Shown: in pieces, positions 11,787-24,848 of the stretch | Numbering within the stretch: the first letter of the stretch is position 1 | Layout of the letters: every line of letters starts with the position of its first letter | Assembly (NCBI RefSeq): GCF_902459465.1 | Contig: NC_047081.1 | Coordinates: forward strand, 1,054,001-1,118,000 | DNA from: Asterias rubens | Lineage: Eukaryota | Direction: 5' to 3' | Length of the DNA stretch: 64,000 nucleotides | Notes under the pieces: model-generated | Told to the model about the DNA's origin: nothing | Databases searched by the model: none | What the model saw: the letters and a program-made list of their open reading frames with translations, nothing else | Made by a program: the position numbers and the translations under genes

Positions 11787-13001
11787 TTAAGCATCTCTAT
11801 TAAATTGGGTTAGGAGTAGCCTGTACTATGCGACTCTTTTTTATATTAAGTACACGCACAAATCTTAAATAGAGATTACATTGGCAAGAATGATTAAGTT
11901 TCATATTTTTTAAATGTATTTTTTTTTATCAGCAGTTAACTTCAAGGGGGCCCAGAGAACTCAGCTATTTATGAGGGCACTATGGCCTACAATGGCCTAA
12001 GAATTAACCACATTAAATGTCGTTTAATGCCAACATCACTGGAAAGTCTTGGTCAATTACATATTTACCCTTGAACAAGTTCTCTGGTTTGTCTGGACTA
12101 GGAATGATAATTGGTCCTTGAGAAAAATGTAGGAATATTTTATTGAGTACATGGGGAGACCTACATGCACACATCGTGTAGGCTTTAATATGACATTTCA
12201 GACTACTATTTAATCACAATTTTTCAGATTTTTGGAAAACAGACGAACATTATGCCTGCTGGGTCCAACAGATGAAATACAGCCGCTGACTGGGGTAAAG
12301 TTAATCCCAAACATAACAGACTCCAACATGAGTAAATAATATCATATTCTGTTCACTTAATACTCATTTCAAATTGTTAGCTTTCAGTCCGATAATGAAA
12401 TAAAGTTTCCCAAACTTCCCGCATTTCCAACAACAAATCTTCAGTTCTTCAATGTGCGCCTGCCGATAACGTGAATTACAACATGCACTATCAGACCGGC
12501 ATCGTGAACTCCCGCCCTGCTATTCACAGCAAAGCGCTTCAGTCTATTGCACATGCAATTTGTAAAAGAGGAATATAATATGGATTTATCATCGTTATGT
12601 CTACCGACTTATTCAAATTAAGACGATTTTATCAGCTCGTTGAGTGCATCAAATATTCTGAAGACGAGAGAGATTCCTTTTTTCAATGGCGACGTGGTCG
12701 AGTCGACCCACATGCAATTACAGTTGAAAAAGTTCTGTTGAAATTTACCGTGCAACTCAAACTTGGGCGTTGCTTCCATCTCCAACTGAAGATACCCCAT
12801 AAGTAGCTTCCATCTGTGAAGGTTTCATACAGTAGCAAAACATGCAGAAGACACTCTCCTAAAAAAAAAATCCAAACAGCCCCGCCAAGTATCTGGAGCC
12901 ACTCTCACTTCCAAAATCCTGTTCCACACTGGAATAATTCCATGGCTATCGACAGCCTTCAAGTCTTTCAAAGTTTTTTTTCTGGAAAGAGTTCATCTCG
13001 C

Positions 13002-16000
13002 TCATGTAAAATGTTCGCGGACATTCACAGCTTTCCTTTTGAGCAACTCGCAGTTACTAGTTGCCAGCGTGTCGATAACAGACATTAAGTTGTCCTGGAT
13101 CATTGCAGCCTTTAAAACATCTTGACGAAAAAAGAAAAATTAAATCAGTATAAATTTGATGGTTCAATTCTGATGGGTCAATTCAACAAAGGGCAAATAT
13201 TGATCTTTACAGTGTATCAATCCTACAAAGTGTGGTGTCACAAAAAAATCACTATGGTGATATTTGCAACTCATCAAATTGCAGTACAACGGTTGCAGAA
13301 AAACCTTTAAAAATGGCAAAATCTTTAAAAAAAAATTAAAAAAGTACTTTAGTTTTTCGGTGACCACTTTCAGTTGGGCTTCCCTCTCCCACAAAAATGT
13401 TATTTGTTTTAAGTCATATTCATCACCCTTACTTATTAATTTCCCCTTAATTAACATGGTATAACCTGATGATCTTACCTGATTGTGATAAAAAACCCAC
13501 CAGGGATAGAACATTGCACTGGATTTCAGGGGTGGTTTGGTTTGATTTTAGGACCCGGCTCACCATCGCTAGGAGATTGGCATCCATGAAAGCTTGCACG
13601 GCCTCATTGTCTGAAATGATAAAGGAAACAAAATCACAATAATACCCATACTATCATAATACAATGAAATCAGACAAGGGTGCTTGTTATGAAGTTAAAC
13701 CACTGTAGCTCGGAAGTACAAGGAAACCCATAAACAAGGGTGCTTTGTATGAATTTAAATCACTGCAGGTCGGAAGTCTAAGGAAACCTGGAGAGGAGGG
13801 TGCATGTTTGTTATGAAGATAAATCAATGTAGCTCAGAAGCCCAAGGAAACCCATCAACACAGGTGCATGCTTGCTGTGAATCAGAAACACCGGGGTAAA
13901 CCCCTACTCTTCCAGCCAACTTAATAATCAGTATGGAACTCTGAGAAAGTCTGCATAGGAACACAGCGTAAAATATTTTACGATTTAACAGAATAAGTGT
14001 CTTGGGTTATTTACCGAGTTGTGTAGAAGACAGTAGTGTGAGGGCTATTAGTGCCTCGTTTTGCATCAGCGTGTGCTCGCTCATTGCCATGGCAACCAGT
14101 CGAGACATCCCGCCATGTTCGATGATGCAATGCATGACTTGGGTGTTAGCGGAGTGCTTGATGAGGGCCGCTAACAGTCTTGGGAGATGAAATAAAAAGA
14201 GACCGTTAGACTTGAGCACAAATAAATTATATAAAAGATAAGAAAATCAATTCGAAGGACAGTCTGAGATGAAATAAATACTTAATCAAAACTTGAAAAA
14301 CAGAGACTGACCTGTTAGCTTCTCCCGAGACCCCTGCATGTATCTCACAGTCACATAGATCAGCAACTCTATCGATGAACTCTACATTTTGACCCAATGA
14401 AACGGCCGTTTCTCCTACAAACAAAAACAAAATTCCTTCTTGTGTTGTTAAAGGTATTATACAGGATTGGTAGAGCTGACAAAATAGTCGCAGACAGTGT
14501 TCATGAAATAAATAACCCTGTGAAAATATGGGCTTAATCTTATATAGTTCAGATTCAGAATGCGCAAGGAGCCTGAGGCACTTACCCTGTCCGTCTATGA
14601 GCATTCTGCAAGTGCCGAGTAGTTTAAAGACAACCGGGTGCATGTCTAGCTTCAGTAGGGGTAGAATCACTTCAATGATACCAGTCTTCAACAGCAGTGG
14701 CTTGTTGACCTCTATGAATGGGTGAGGTCAAAGGTGAGAGGTCAATATGTGAACTTGATCAGAAAATGTCCCATTTAAATTGGAGACCTTGGAACACTAG
14801 GTGCCAGCAAACTTACCAGTTAAATTTCCATTGTTTACGTATGCACACATAACTAAGAATAATGGATTTACCTGGCAAGTCTGCTGCCACCTAGCGTCTT
14901 AAAAATCTTCCATCGTCTCACTGAGATAAAAATTATTTGTGTGAAATGTTTTACTCATTACTCAAAAACTGCATCACCTAGGTAAGTAATATTTTAAAGG
15001 CATCATCATCTTTAAACGATTTAAAGTATAATGTAAATAATGTGGACGTTTGTGTTTTGTGTCATACAAAAAGTACTCCAACCCTTGTTGATAAGATGAT
15101 TGAGGCCGTGTCCGAAACGACGACTTCGGCTACAGCTACGTCTAGATCAGCGCGTCTAGCAGTGTTGAAGAATAGGCAGACGCGCGCGATCTAGCCGTAG
15201 CTGTAGCCGAAGTCGCCGTTTCGGACACGGCCTAACTCACTAGGAATGGCAAGATTCTTTAGAGCGCTGAGGACTGCGTGACCAAGTCTCATATCCAAAT
15301 CCTCTCCTTCTGGTCTCTTCAAGAGTTTGAGAAGAGGCTCTAGGACTCCGAGCTCTACAAGACGTATACAATGCTCATCTAGGGACAAGAAGCAATACAA
15401 GCTAATTTATTATGATAATAATAATAACATGTGTAATGCGCACATCTCCAGAAACCTATCAAGGCGCTAATATAAGACGACAAGGATGACACAAAGGCTT
15501 CGTCAGAACAAGTGAAGAGGAAAAGCTAGGGAAACAAAGGGGGCTTTAAGTCTCTCTTGAAGATGTTCAAAGATGCTGTTTGACGTATGGCAGGGACCTT
15601 GATCCCAAATGGCAGGTGCAGCATTGGTAAAGGCAGCATTGGCAAAGGCAGGATGACCATAGCGAGAAGTTTCTAAAGCTTGGTTGAGCTAAGCAAAAAT
15701 GAAGCTGAAGATCTTAAAGCACCACCAGATTGCTTCGTAATGAAAATTAACACTTGTGAGCACGATTCTTGCATTTCCAGTCCTAGAAGTGTACTAATAA
15801 CTTTGAGTATGAGCCTATTGTATTGGTCGAATAAATAATAATAAATAATAATAATGATAATGCAGTCTTCCAGAAAAAAAAGATTTTGTAAAAAACACTC
15901 ACCATTTCTTGCGAAGTTGCCGATGGCCAGCGCACCGGATATTTGGTAGAGGTCACATGGAGAGCTGACCCAGTCCGACATGACCTTCTTAAACAGTGAA

Positions 16001-19000
16001 CTTTGACCATTGTTGAAAAGGTACTTCATACTCTCATCTGTGACAGGTGCAAAGATAACATGTGACGTAAGTTTGTGCTGATACTATTGACCAATCAACT
16101 CTTTCCTTCTAATATATTACCCAATGGCTGAAAAGGGTAAAAGGTCAGGGGTCGATTTCACACAGAGTTAGGACTGGTCCTAACTTAGGACTAGTCTTAG
16201 GAGATGTGAAAACCGTATAGCTAGTCCTAAGTTAGGACGAGTAATTCGTCCTAACTCGAGATAAGACTAGTCTTAACTCTTTGTTAAATCCACCCCAGGT
16301 CCAAATTGACAGCTTCGGCAGTAGATATGGGCAGATGTTCATTTGGTGCCTTGTAACAAAAAGTGTACCAATGATTGTAGCTGCAGGCCTGGTACTTCAG
16401 GAGGCAACAGAGGCGATTGCCTCCGTTTCCCCTTGTCATTGCCTTGGTGCCCTGGAAATGCCCCAGTAGAAATTTACAAATTTCCTCATAGGGTGCCCTT
16501 TGCCAAAGAGAAAATGCCTTGGTGTCCTTGCCCTTTCAAAAACGAAGCATACAGGCCTGTAGCTGTGCTCATATACATGTATATATTAGTAAGTATTGTT
16601 TGAAGCTTTGCATGGTGTGGAGAAATAAGAAGAAACTATAAATAAATAGTTAACTTTTGCAGTCACAACCAAGTGTAAATCTCTTTTGAGTGAGTGTTGG
16701 CTCTGAAAAGAGCCGGTTTGGTCTCGACGTTTCAAACAGTATACTCTGCTTGTCTTCAGGAGAATGCTGGACTGCTGGTGGTGATGGAGCTTATTTATTA
16801 GTGTTTTGCCGAGTTCCCTTGACAAGAATATCATTACGACAGACAGAAACAAACAAACCGTTACCTCCAGTAAGCAGTAGAATGATGATGTCACTGGCGA
16901 CTCTCTCGATATCGAACTCGTCATCTGGTTGGCTACCTTGGGCGATCTCGTGGTCCGAGAACTTTGCCACTTGTTCCTGAATAATGTCAACGAGATTGCC
17001 CTTGGCGAACTCCAGCTTCATGGCGTCTGGAGAAGGAAAATGGAATAAATAAGTAATCAAATGAGCCAGCGGACAAGCCGAGAATGAAAGAAGAAATCTC
17101 TCTGCAGCTGGGAATTATTTCGTTCCATACAACAAATGTAAGGTGTGAGATCTTTTCTTTAACAGTAAAAAACCGCCCCTTTGTATCCCACCCAGAGTCT
17201 TAAAACCAGGTGAGCAACTGGGTGTACTTTTGGGCCATTGTTGTCCAGTCCACAACCATGGCTCCCCTTTTAGAACCAAACAATAGACGCAACCTTAAAC
17301 TGGGATTAATCCCCCTGAGTCAATAATCCTTTAACAATCGCCCATTATACAATCGCCCATTATACAATCTCCCATTATACAATCGCCCATTATACAATCG
17401 CCCATTATACAATCGCCCATTAGACAATCGCCCATTATACAATCGCCCATTAGACAATCGCCCATTATACAATCGCCCATTATACAATGGCCCATTATAC
17501 AATGGCCCATTATACAATCGCCCATTAGACAATCGCCCATTATACAATCGCCCATTATACAATCGCCCATTATACAATCGCCCATTAGACAATCGCCCAT
17601 TATACAATCGCCCATTAGACAATCGCCCATTATACAATCGCCCATTATACAATCGCCCATTATACAATCGCCCATTATACAATCGCCCATTATACAATCG
17701 CCCATTAGACAATCGCCCATTAGACAATCGCCCATTATACAATCGCCCATTATACAATCGCCCATTATACAATCGCCCATTATACAATCGCCCATTAGAC
17801 AATCGCCCATTATACAATCGCCCATTATACAATCGCCCATTAGACAATCGCCCATTATACAATCGCCCATTATACAATCGCCCATTATACAATCGCCCAT
17901 TAGACAATCGCCCATTATACAATCGCCCATTATACAATCGCCCATTATACAATCGCCCATTATACAATCGCCCATTATACAATCGCCCATTATACAATCG
18001 CCCATTATACAATCGCCCATTATACAATCGCCCATTATACAATCGCCCATTAGACAATCGCCCATTATACAATCGCCCATTAGACAATCGCCCATTATAC
18101 AATCGCCCATTATACAATCGCCCATTATACTCACCCTGGTAAGCTCAGTGAGCTATAATTCCTCTAACCGTTTCAATAACTTTGCACTAACAGCTCCAGA
18201 CCAGCTTACTGGTTATATCTCATGCACAGTTATAACCTCATACACACATATTTATTAATTTTTAACTGTTGTGTTTTATAATGTAAAATTATTATTATAA
18301 TTATTAAGTCAATAAGGCAGGAAGTAGATGTTCACCATTCTCAGCTAAAGTTGCTATGACCTCAAAGATTGTCTCTAACTGTTCATCATCTCCGACAATC
18401 TTTAATGCTTTGATGAGAAGTTCGGTGATTCCACTATTCACAAAGACCTCCTTGTTCTCTTCTGTGAAAAAATAGGAAACGCAAGATTAAAACTTGAATT
18501 ACGGCCAGGGTATACTTTTGGTAATTGTCAAAGGCCAGTATCCTCACTTGGTGTAATCCCAACATGCATAAAGTAACAAACCCGTGAAAATGTAGGCTCA
18601 AGTGGTCATCAAAGCTGCAAAAAAATAAAGAAAGAGAAAACACCCTTTCCAATGCCTGAGAAAGTCTTCAGGCCTGAAGTCCTCAGATTTAAATATTTGA
18701 GTGAGAAATAACCTCTTTCTCAAAAACTACGTTACTTCAGAGGGAGCCGTTTCCCACAATGTTTTAGACTATCAACATCTCTCCGTTGCTCCTTACCAAG
18801 TAAGTATTGATGCTAATAATATATATTTTGAGTAATTACTAGACATGTCCATTGCCTTTTAGACAAGTTGCCAGACTCACCGAGCTCAGCGATGTTGCCG
18901 ATGCACATGATGATCTTCCCACAGAGATTGATGTCATCTGGGAAGTTACTCATCAATGTCACCATCACACCAACACCTCCTTCTACTCGTACTTTGGTTT

Positions 19001-22000
19001 GTAGCGTACCTGAAGTTTGTAAAATAACACATTTCCAATTTAGATTTAAATAAAGTCTTGTACAATGACTTGCTTTCTTTTTATAGCTTTGTCTTATTGT
19101 CTTCTTCTATTGTTTTTATGGCCTTTTAAATGTTTTTTTTTTAATGATCTTTGTGGTTTTTTTTATGTCTATGCCCTGTCTTGCCTTTATCTTCCTTGTT
19201 TTTGCTGGGATTTTGGGAGACATATGCTTTAAGGCGACAGATAATTTTGTAACTTTCATGCTCTCCTGGGCATCCCACTGTTTCATTTATTGTTTGCACA
19301 TGCACACGTACTTGTGAACTTTTGCCTGAATAAATACTGTTATCGTTATTATTACAAGTTACCGCTTCAATTTGAATTCCTCAGACTAAGTTTTCTCCAA
19401 TTTATTATTTCAAATCGCAGTCAAAAAGGTTCTAGTATGAACATCATAACCAGTAAGCTTGTTCTTACTTAAAATAAACAGTGATGTTTTATCCTTTACC
19501 AATACCGTATTCCACCTTTAAAAGTAATTGAATACAACTTGACTTCAAACAAATGCCAAGCAACGCATCAGAATCCCCGAGTTGAGATTTTGATTTATTT
19601 AGAAAGTAAACACGACTTCAAAATCCAAGCTTACCATTTGCATAGGTGAGATTCATTAGGTAACCACTGGCAACCACTCGGACCTTCTGATTGGCTAAGA
19701 TAGTGTCAGGTGTTGCTCTTGATTTCAGCAATTCCAGCAATCGTTCTACTCCCTCTGAATCGTGGATGGCTTGTCTAGCTTTGTCTGAGATAAAAAGAAT
19801 GAAAACTTACAAAATGCATCCGTTAAAACGAAATGTTAAATTTGAGGTGAAGAAATACAGATTGACTTGAGTGAGATTTGAACCTGTGAACTACCAACTG
19901 AGCTATTTAGCCCTTATGTTGGCGGTATCCTTATTTGTCAAATCGGGGTTGTCTGGTGGGGATGTGTAAACACCAGAACTTTGGGTTGAACAAAGCCAAA
20001 CTGACAAAAGCTGGGTTTGAACCTGAAACCTCCAGACTAATGTACCGGAGCTCAACCAACTCAGCTATCCAGCCACAATGTTGACAGTTTCCCTTTTTGT
20101 CAATATCTTTGTTCAGGGGCACCAGTCAGAAGCCATACAACCTATAACTGCCATGCAGCCAGAATCACACCAAAGTTTACGATACAACCTGGGAAGCGGC
20201 AGCCAAGGGATCAACTTTTTAATTTCAAACATCAAGTAATAAACCACAAGGGAAACACTTTGTTGGCGATCCTCTCTACGAGTCAATAACTTTGTTCAAG
20301 GGTGCCAGTCAGAAGACATACATACAACCTTTAACTGCCGTGTAGCCAGGGATCACAGGGCACGAATGTAAAGCGCATTGATACGGTTATTGTAAAATGC
20401 GCTATATAAGAATTTGTTACTATTACTACTACTACTATCACATAAAAAAAAATTATAAGTAGTTTGGGACGACCGTAGATAAATCGCTATAATTTTGTTC
20501 ATTAATTTTCATTAATATTACCGTGATCACAGCAGATATTGCCCAGGGCCCTGCAGACCTGCACCACTACGTCCGTGTCCCTGTGTGAAAGAAGACCATT
20601 CAGCGTTGGGATAACACCAGCGTCTACAAACGGATCGCGGATACTCTCTGTCAAAAAAAAACCAAAAAAAAAAACACCCAAACAAACATAAATATCCCTT
20701 AAACATATAAATTATAAAATAGTAGTAACTAATACTACGTTCTTGTATTATAAGTTATCACACAAGCGCGAGTGGAATATGGACAAAATAAAGCGCTTCT
20801 GCATCCCATATCCAACGAGGCCAAAGGCCGAGTTGAATATGGGACGCAGATGCACTATATTTTCTGTATTTCCACGAGCGCGCGTGTGATAACATATTTA
20901 TCTTCAAGCAAACTTGGCGCGTGACATAAAACACACAAGACGCAGGTAGTGATATTAGCCGAGCAATATAGGTTTTTACACCACTCCATTCTGCGAATCT
21001 GAGTGGAGGATTTACGCGTGTTTGAAGATAAAGCGCTTTATCACATCCCAATCGGCATATCAAAGCGCTTAGCATTTTTCCTGCAAGGTATGTGGAGCTA
21101 CATTTTGAAGTACAGTATGAGACTTATTCCTTTAAAGCAGTGTGTAATGTTTACAAGGAGCTGTGTCGCAAAAGCAGGAACATCGGAGCAAATGAGTATA
21201 ATTTATCATCGTTTCAGACAGTCCTCGTTACAATTGAAACGCAATTTCTGAAAAATGATTTACTATGTTTTAAAAGCCAGTGGTAAATTGGAGTTTATTG
21301 GTAAATTATCTTCCCCATTTGTTTGGTAAAAGGTAAACATGAATTTTGCCTGGAACAAAATTGTCTGTCGAGTTTGATTATTTTATTTTGATCTATGGCC
21401 TTTTTGATACAATTAATTATGTGAAGTTGCAAAAAAAGGACCTTAAAGAATGCAGCACTGAGCTGACGCTGTTATCATCTTTTGGCTTGGGTGTATCGCT
21501 AAGAAATCAGAGTGGACTTGTTGAACACCAAACTTTGGTAAAGAATATCCCTTAAAACAACGTACATCCAGGGATCGGCTTTGGGGTAAGTGTCTTGCTT
21601 AAAGACCCAAGTATCTAGACCATGGCCCAATTTCATAAAGCTGTTGAGCAGCAAATTCTGCTAAGCAAACTTCTTGGCTAAGCAAGAAATGACTTGGGTA
21701 CCAGTCACAGCCATAGTAACTGTATGGTGTTTTGAACCGTAACCTATTTTTCCTAAGTAAATTGCTAAGCAAATTAAGCAAATTTGTTTGGGCTTACAGG
21801 TTTTATGACATAGGGCTCAGGACTCAAACCTACACTCTGCTGATCATAAAAGAGCTTGATTCCTGTGCTCATAACCGCTGGTCATGACAAATCACTTTCA
21901 GCAGAACGTCTTTGACGATATTGACTTACCGTTTTTGGCCATCTCCGCGATGATGTGACTGAGTCTGCTAAGATAGTCTTCCTTGTCCGTCTTCTTCAGC

Positions 22001-24848
22001 TGCTCGGCTAGAACAGTCACCGATCCCAGACTCAGAAGCCGAGCGCTGGACTCTTCAACTGTAAAAGAAAAACCAATAAGACTATATTTAATAAATGTTA
22101 GTTTATGCATCAGGGATAAAGAATACAATTTGATTTTTGTTTTGTTTAATAGGATTCAAACGACCTCTAGCCATTGGGCTAGCTCAGTAGTCTAGTTTTA
22201 AGACATATGCTCCAGCAATGCAAAGGTCAAGGGTTCGAATCCCACCGAAGCAATTTGCCTGTGGATTTTTTTCACAGAACTTTGGCAAGTACTGAGTATA
22301 CAGTGATTAATACACATCAGTGTTAGGGTAAAATGGCTGGGGCGTTTTTTTTGGTAAATACTCACCATCCTGTTCCAGAGCTTGCAGCATACAATCCAAA
22401 CATGACACAGAGTCAATGTCACTGGGGCCAAGTTGTAGACTCTTCACCGCTTGCTCCAAGTCATCTGCAGAACGAGACAGAAACAAAGATGATGATAGGA
22501 AATGTCAATAACGGAGTAGAAAACTGGGGTAAAACATTGATGGAATGACACTTTTTATGATTGAGTCATAAAGGCAAAAGGTTCAGGATCAAGTCTGAGA
22601 CAGAAATGATGATAAAAAGGGTGTTTACTGGAGCAGAGAGGAACAGGTGTAAAACATTGTCAGAATGTGCTTTTAACTCTTTATGATTGAGTCATAGTTC
22701 AGGATCAAGAAAGTCTAAGACAACGGAGCAAAACAGGGTCAAAGGTTCAGGATCAAAGTCTGAGACAGAATTGATGATAAGAAATGTCTTTACTGGAGCA
22801 GAGAGGAACAGGTGTAGAACATTGTCAGAATGTTACTTTAACTTTTGTGATTGAGTCATCATGGCAAATTGCTCAGGATCAAGAAAGTCTGCGACAGAGA
22901 TGATAATAGGAAATGTCTTTTACAGAGCAGAACAGATTTGAAACTTTTTCAGAATGTAACTTTAACTTTTGTGATTGAGTCATCATGGCAAATTGCTCAG
23001 GATCAAGAAAGTCTGCGACAGAGCTGATAATAGGAAATGTCTTTTACAGAGCAGAACAGATTTGAAACTTTTTCAGAATGTAACTTTAACTTTTGTGATT
23101 GAGTCATCATGGCAAATTGCTCAGGATCAAGAAAGTCTGAGACAGAGCGGATAATCGGAAATGCCTTTAATGGAGCAAAACAGGGGTGGAACATTGGCGA
23201 AATGTCACTTTAACTTTTGTGATTTAGTCATCCAAGCAACTTGCTCAGAATCAAGAAAGTCTGAGACTACACGCTTCTGAAAGAACACAATCCTATGTAC
23301 GTGCAACAAGGATTTTTTTCCTTCCATTATTTTCTTGCAATTTCGATGACCAACTCAGCCCAAATGTTCATGTAGGTTTGATATTTCACGCATACACTGT
23401 ATATGTTGGGATAAACCAAGTGAGAATAATAGTCTGTGACAATTACCAAAAAAAAATACCATGCCAAGAAATACGAAAAAGAATTCTACACATACAATCA
23501 ACGCTGCAAATGGCTTACATGTGTGTATACATTACATGTACCCAAATGTACACAATGTACATGACTTAAATGTGTTCCATTCCTTACAAAAAACATCCAC
23601 CATAATTTCATGTTGTCCAGCCTCGCAGGCAAAACATATCTGGTTGTCATTTATTAGGGTAAATTGTGAAGGGGACGTCATACAGTGTAGTTTAATAAGG
23701 TTGCCGACGGGCGGAAAAATACTGCATTCACCATTTGATTGACAATGTCCAATCAATCGTAACAAAATTTCTGAAAGGCATCTAATAATGATTTTTCTCC
23801 CTTCGTTAATGACAGACCATACGGAACGCAAACACGGATGTCCCACAGGTTTTTTTAATACAGGAGTGTTTAACATTCAGTACGAGTGCACTCCTTCGTG
23901 TAGCGCCAAAGTGCTTTTAAAATTCTAGAGAGTAATTTCTCTACTGCTTAAAACGTTTTATGCTGGCAAGAAATCTTGTCTTTTATGTGACGCCCAGAAA
24001 TCTCAATGGAATCGCCAAGTGCATAAAATGCTAGCTATCGATTTTTCTTGAACATTAAATACATGTAACACTGCTAAAAATGGTATTCTTAATAAATAAA
24101 AATATAATTATTCAAGAGAACTTGTCTTGTGTGATTACGAGAAATCTTGTAGAAATTTTTTCTAGGGGAATGACACAATAATTTTTTTTTTTTTCTGAAA
24201 TAAATTTTCTTTGGCAAGAATACCTTTTTTAGCAGTCTGTAAAATATTGAGTTAGGCAAAATGCGTTAATTACGTTTATTTTCCTAAATAGCCAAACAGA
24301 ACTTATGACTTCTGTTGAACTGTTTCTAACAATTCCAACCAGAAGTTCTTGTAAAAGAACCTACATCTTTTGTTCCATCCAAATGACAAAGCAATTTATA
24401 TTAAGTATCTAGCTCAAGGATACAAGAGTCATGACCAGGACTCGAACCCACTCTCTACTTATCAGAAACACATAGCTTGAGTCCGGTGCTCTTAACTGCT
24501 TGACCACGACATGCCACTTTGTTAAAAAATGTAGCAAGTGCCGACGCCAAAGTAGCTGGGCGCCAGTCAAATTCACCGGCCACCAACTTTTCCTGAGGCA
24601 CCTGATGTACAACCTCCCCAAGAAATTATCCTCCGATGAAATATCATACATCATCTCTATAATCTACCAATTTCGGAGAAGCTTCTTTTTAAAATTGACT
24701 GTGTCCTCCACAAGACCAGGATTAACAAGACCGAACCCCCGTCATCCACCTTAATTAAAGTGTAGATCGCTGCGTCGCTCAGCGGGGTTTAATGGTTGGG
24801 ACCGTCTCACGCAAAATGGCCAAAGACCTTGACATACATTCCACCCAT
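13002..24848 (-). CDS. RAP1GDS1: Rap1 GTPase-GDP dissociation stimulator 1 (SmgGDS), ARM-repeat protein, ~613 aa; complement(join(13002..13120,13479..13610,14015..14178,14312..14414,14586..14711,15241..15378,15903..16037,16865..17026,18336..18461,18881..19009,19635..19784,20522..20647,21930..22058,22366..22464,24845..24848))
   Basis: GT-AG exons join in frame (1842 nt). Recognisable SmgGDS motifs: [63 protein letters not shown]. The first coding exon (ATGG, 24845-24848; or from the in-frame ATG at 24869) is the least certain because its donor GTGGAA is weak. Confidence 0.92.
13670..13870. repeat. ~60-bp tandem repeat, ~3 copies
   Basis: Recurrent gtgc(a)tgttatgaa...actgtagctcggaag...aaggaaaccc. 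Confidence 0.7.
15103..15233. mobile_element. 131-bp fold-back MITE
   Basis: Long TIRs aggccgtgtccgaaacgacgacttcggctacagctacg / ccgtagctgtagccgaagtcgccgtttcggacacggcct. Confidence 0.85.
16146..16298. mobile_element. MITE with ggggtcgatttcac-type TIRs and internal taggactagtcctaa palindromes
   Basis: Terminal inverted repeats; a related fragment lies at ~58465-58600. Confidence 0.65.
17334..18130. repeat. 15-bp minisatellite (ACAATCGCCCATTAT)n, ~53 copies, in RAP1GDS1 intron
   Basis: Near-perfect 15-bp period with TTAT/TTAG variants. Confidence 0.98.
18505..18857 (-). mobile_element. Copy of the ~360-bp TTAA element family (reverse, degenerate)
   Basis: Shares internal blocks gtattctcacttggtg and aaaactacgttacttcagagggagcc with the other copies. 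Confidence 0.7.
22174..22335 (+). mobile_element. tRNA-derived SINE (related copies ~26095-26260, ~33945-34095)
   Basis: tagctcagtag A-box, gggttcgaatccc B-box, followed by the shared tail ttttttcacagaact...gtactgagtatacagtg. Confidence 0.65.
22540..23270. repeat. ~120-bp tandem repeat, ~6 degenerate copies, RAP1GDS1 intron 1
   Basis: Recurrent tgattgagtcat...caggatcaagaaagtctg...gacagag...ggaaatgtcttt. Confidence 0.85.

Noticed and set aside
17334-18130. CRISPR-like array
   Set aside because: Head-to-tail repeats with no unique spacers, no cas genes, eukaryotic context.
17320-18134. 265-aa and 267-aa ORFs (YNGRL / IMGDC repeats)
   Set aside because: Artefacts of a stop-free 15-bp minisatellite inside a RAP1GDS1 intron.
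19990-20075. tRNA genes (here and at ~3950, ~22175, ~26100, ~33950, ~37370)
   Set aside because: Only A/B-box fragments without a complete cloverleaf, usually followed by shared SINE tails.
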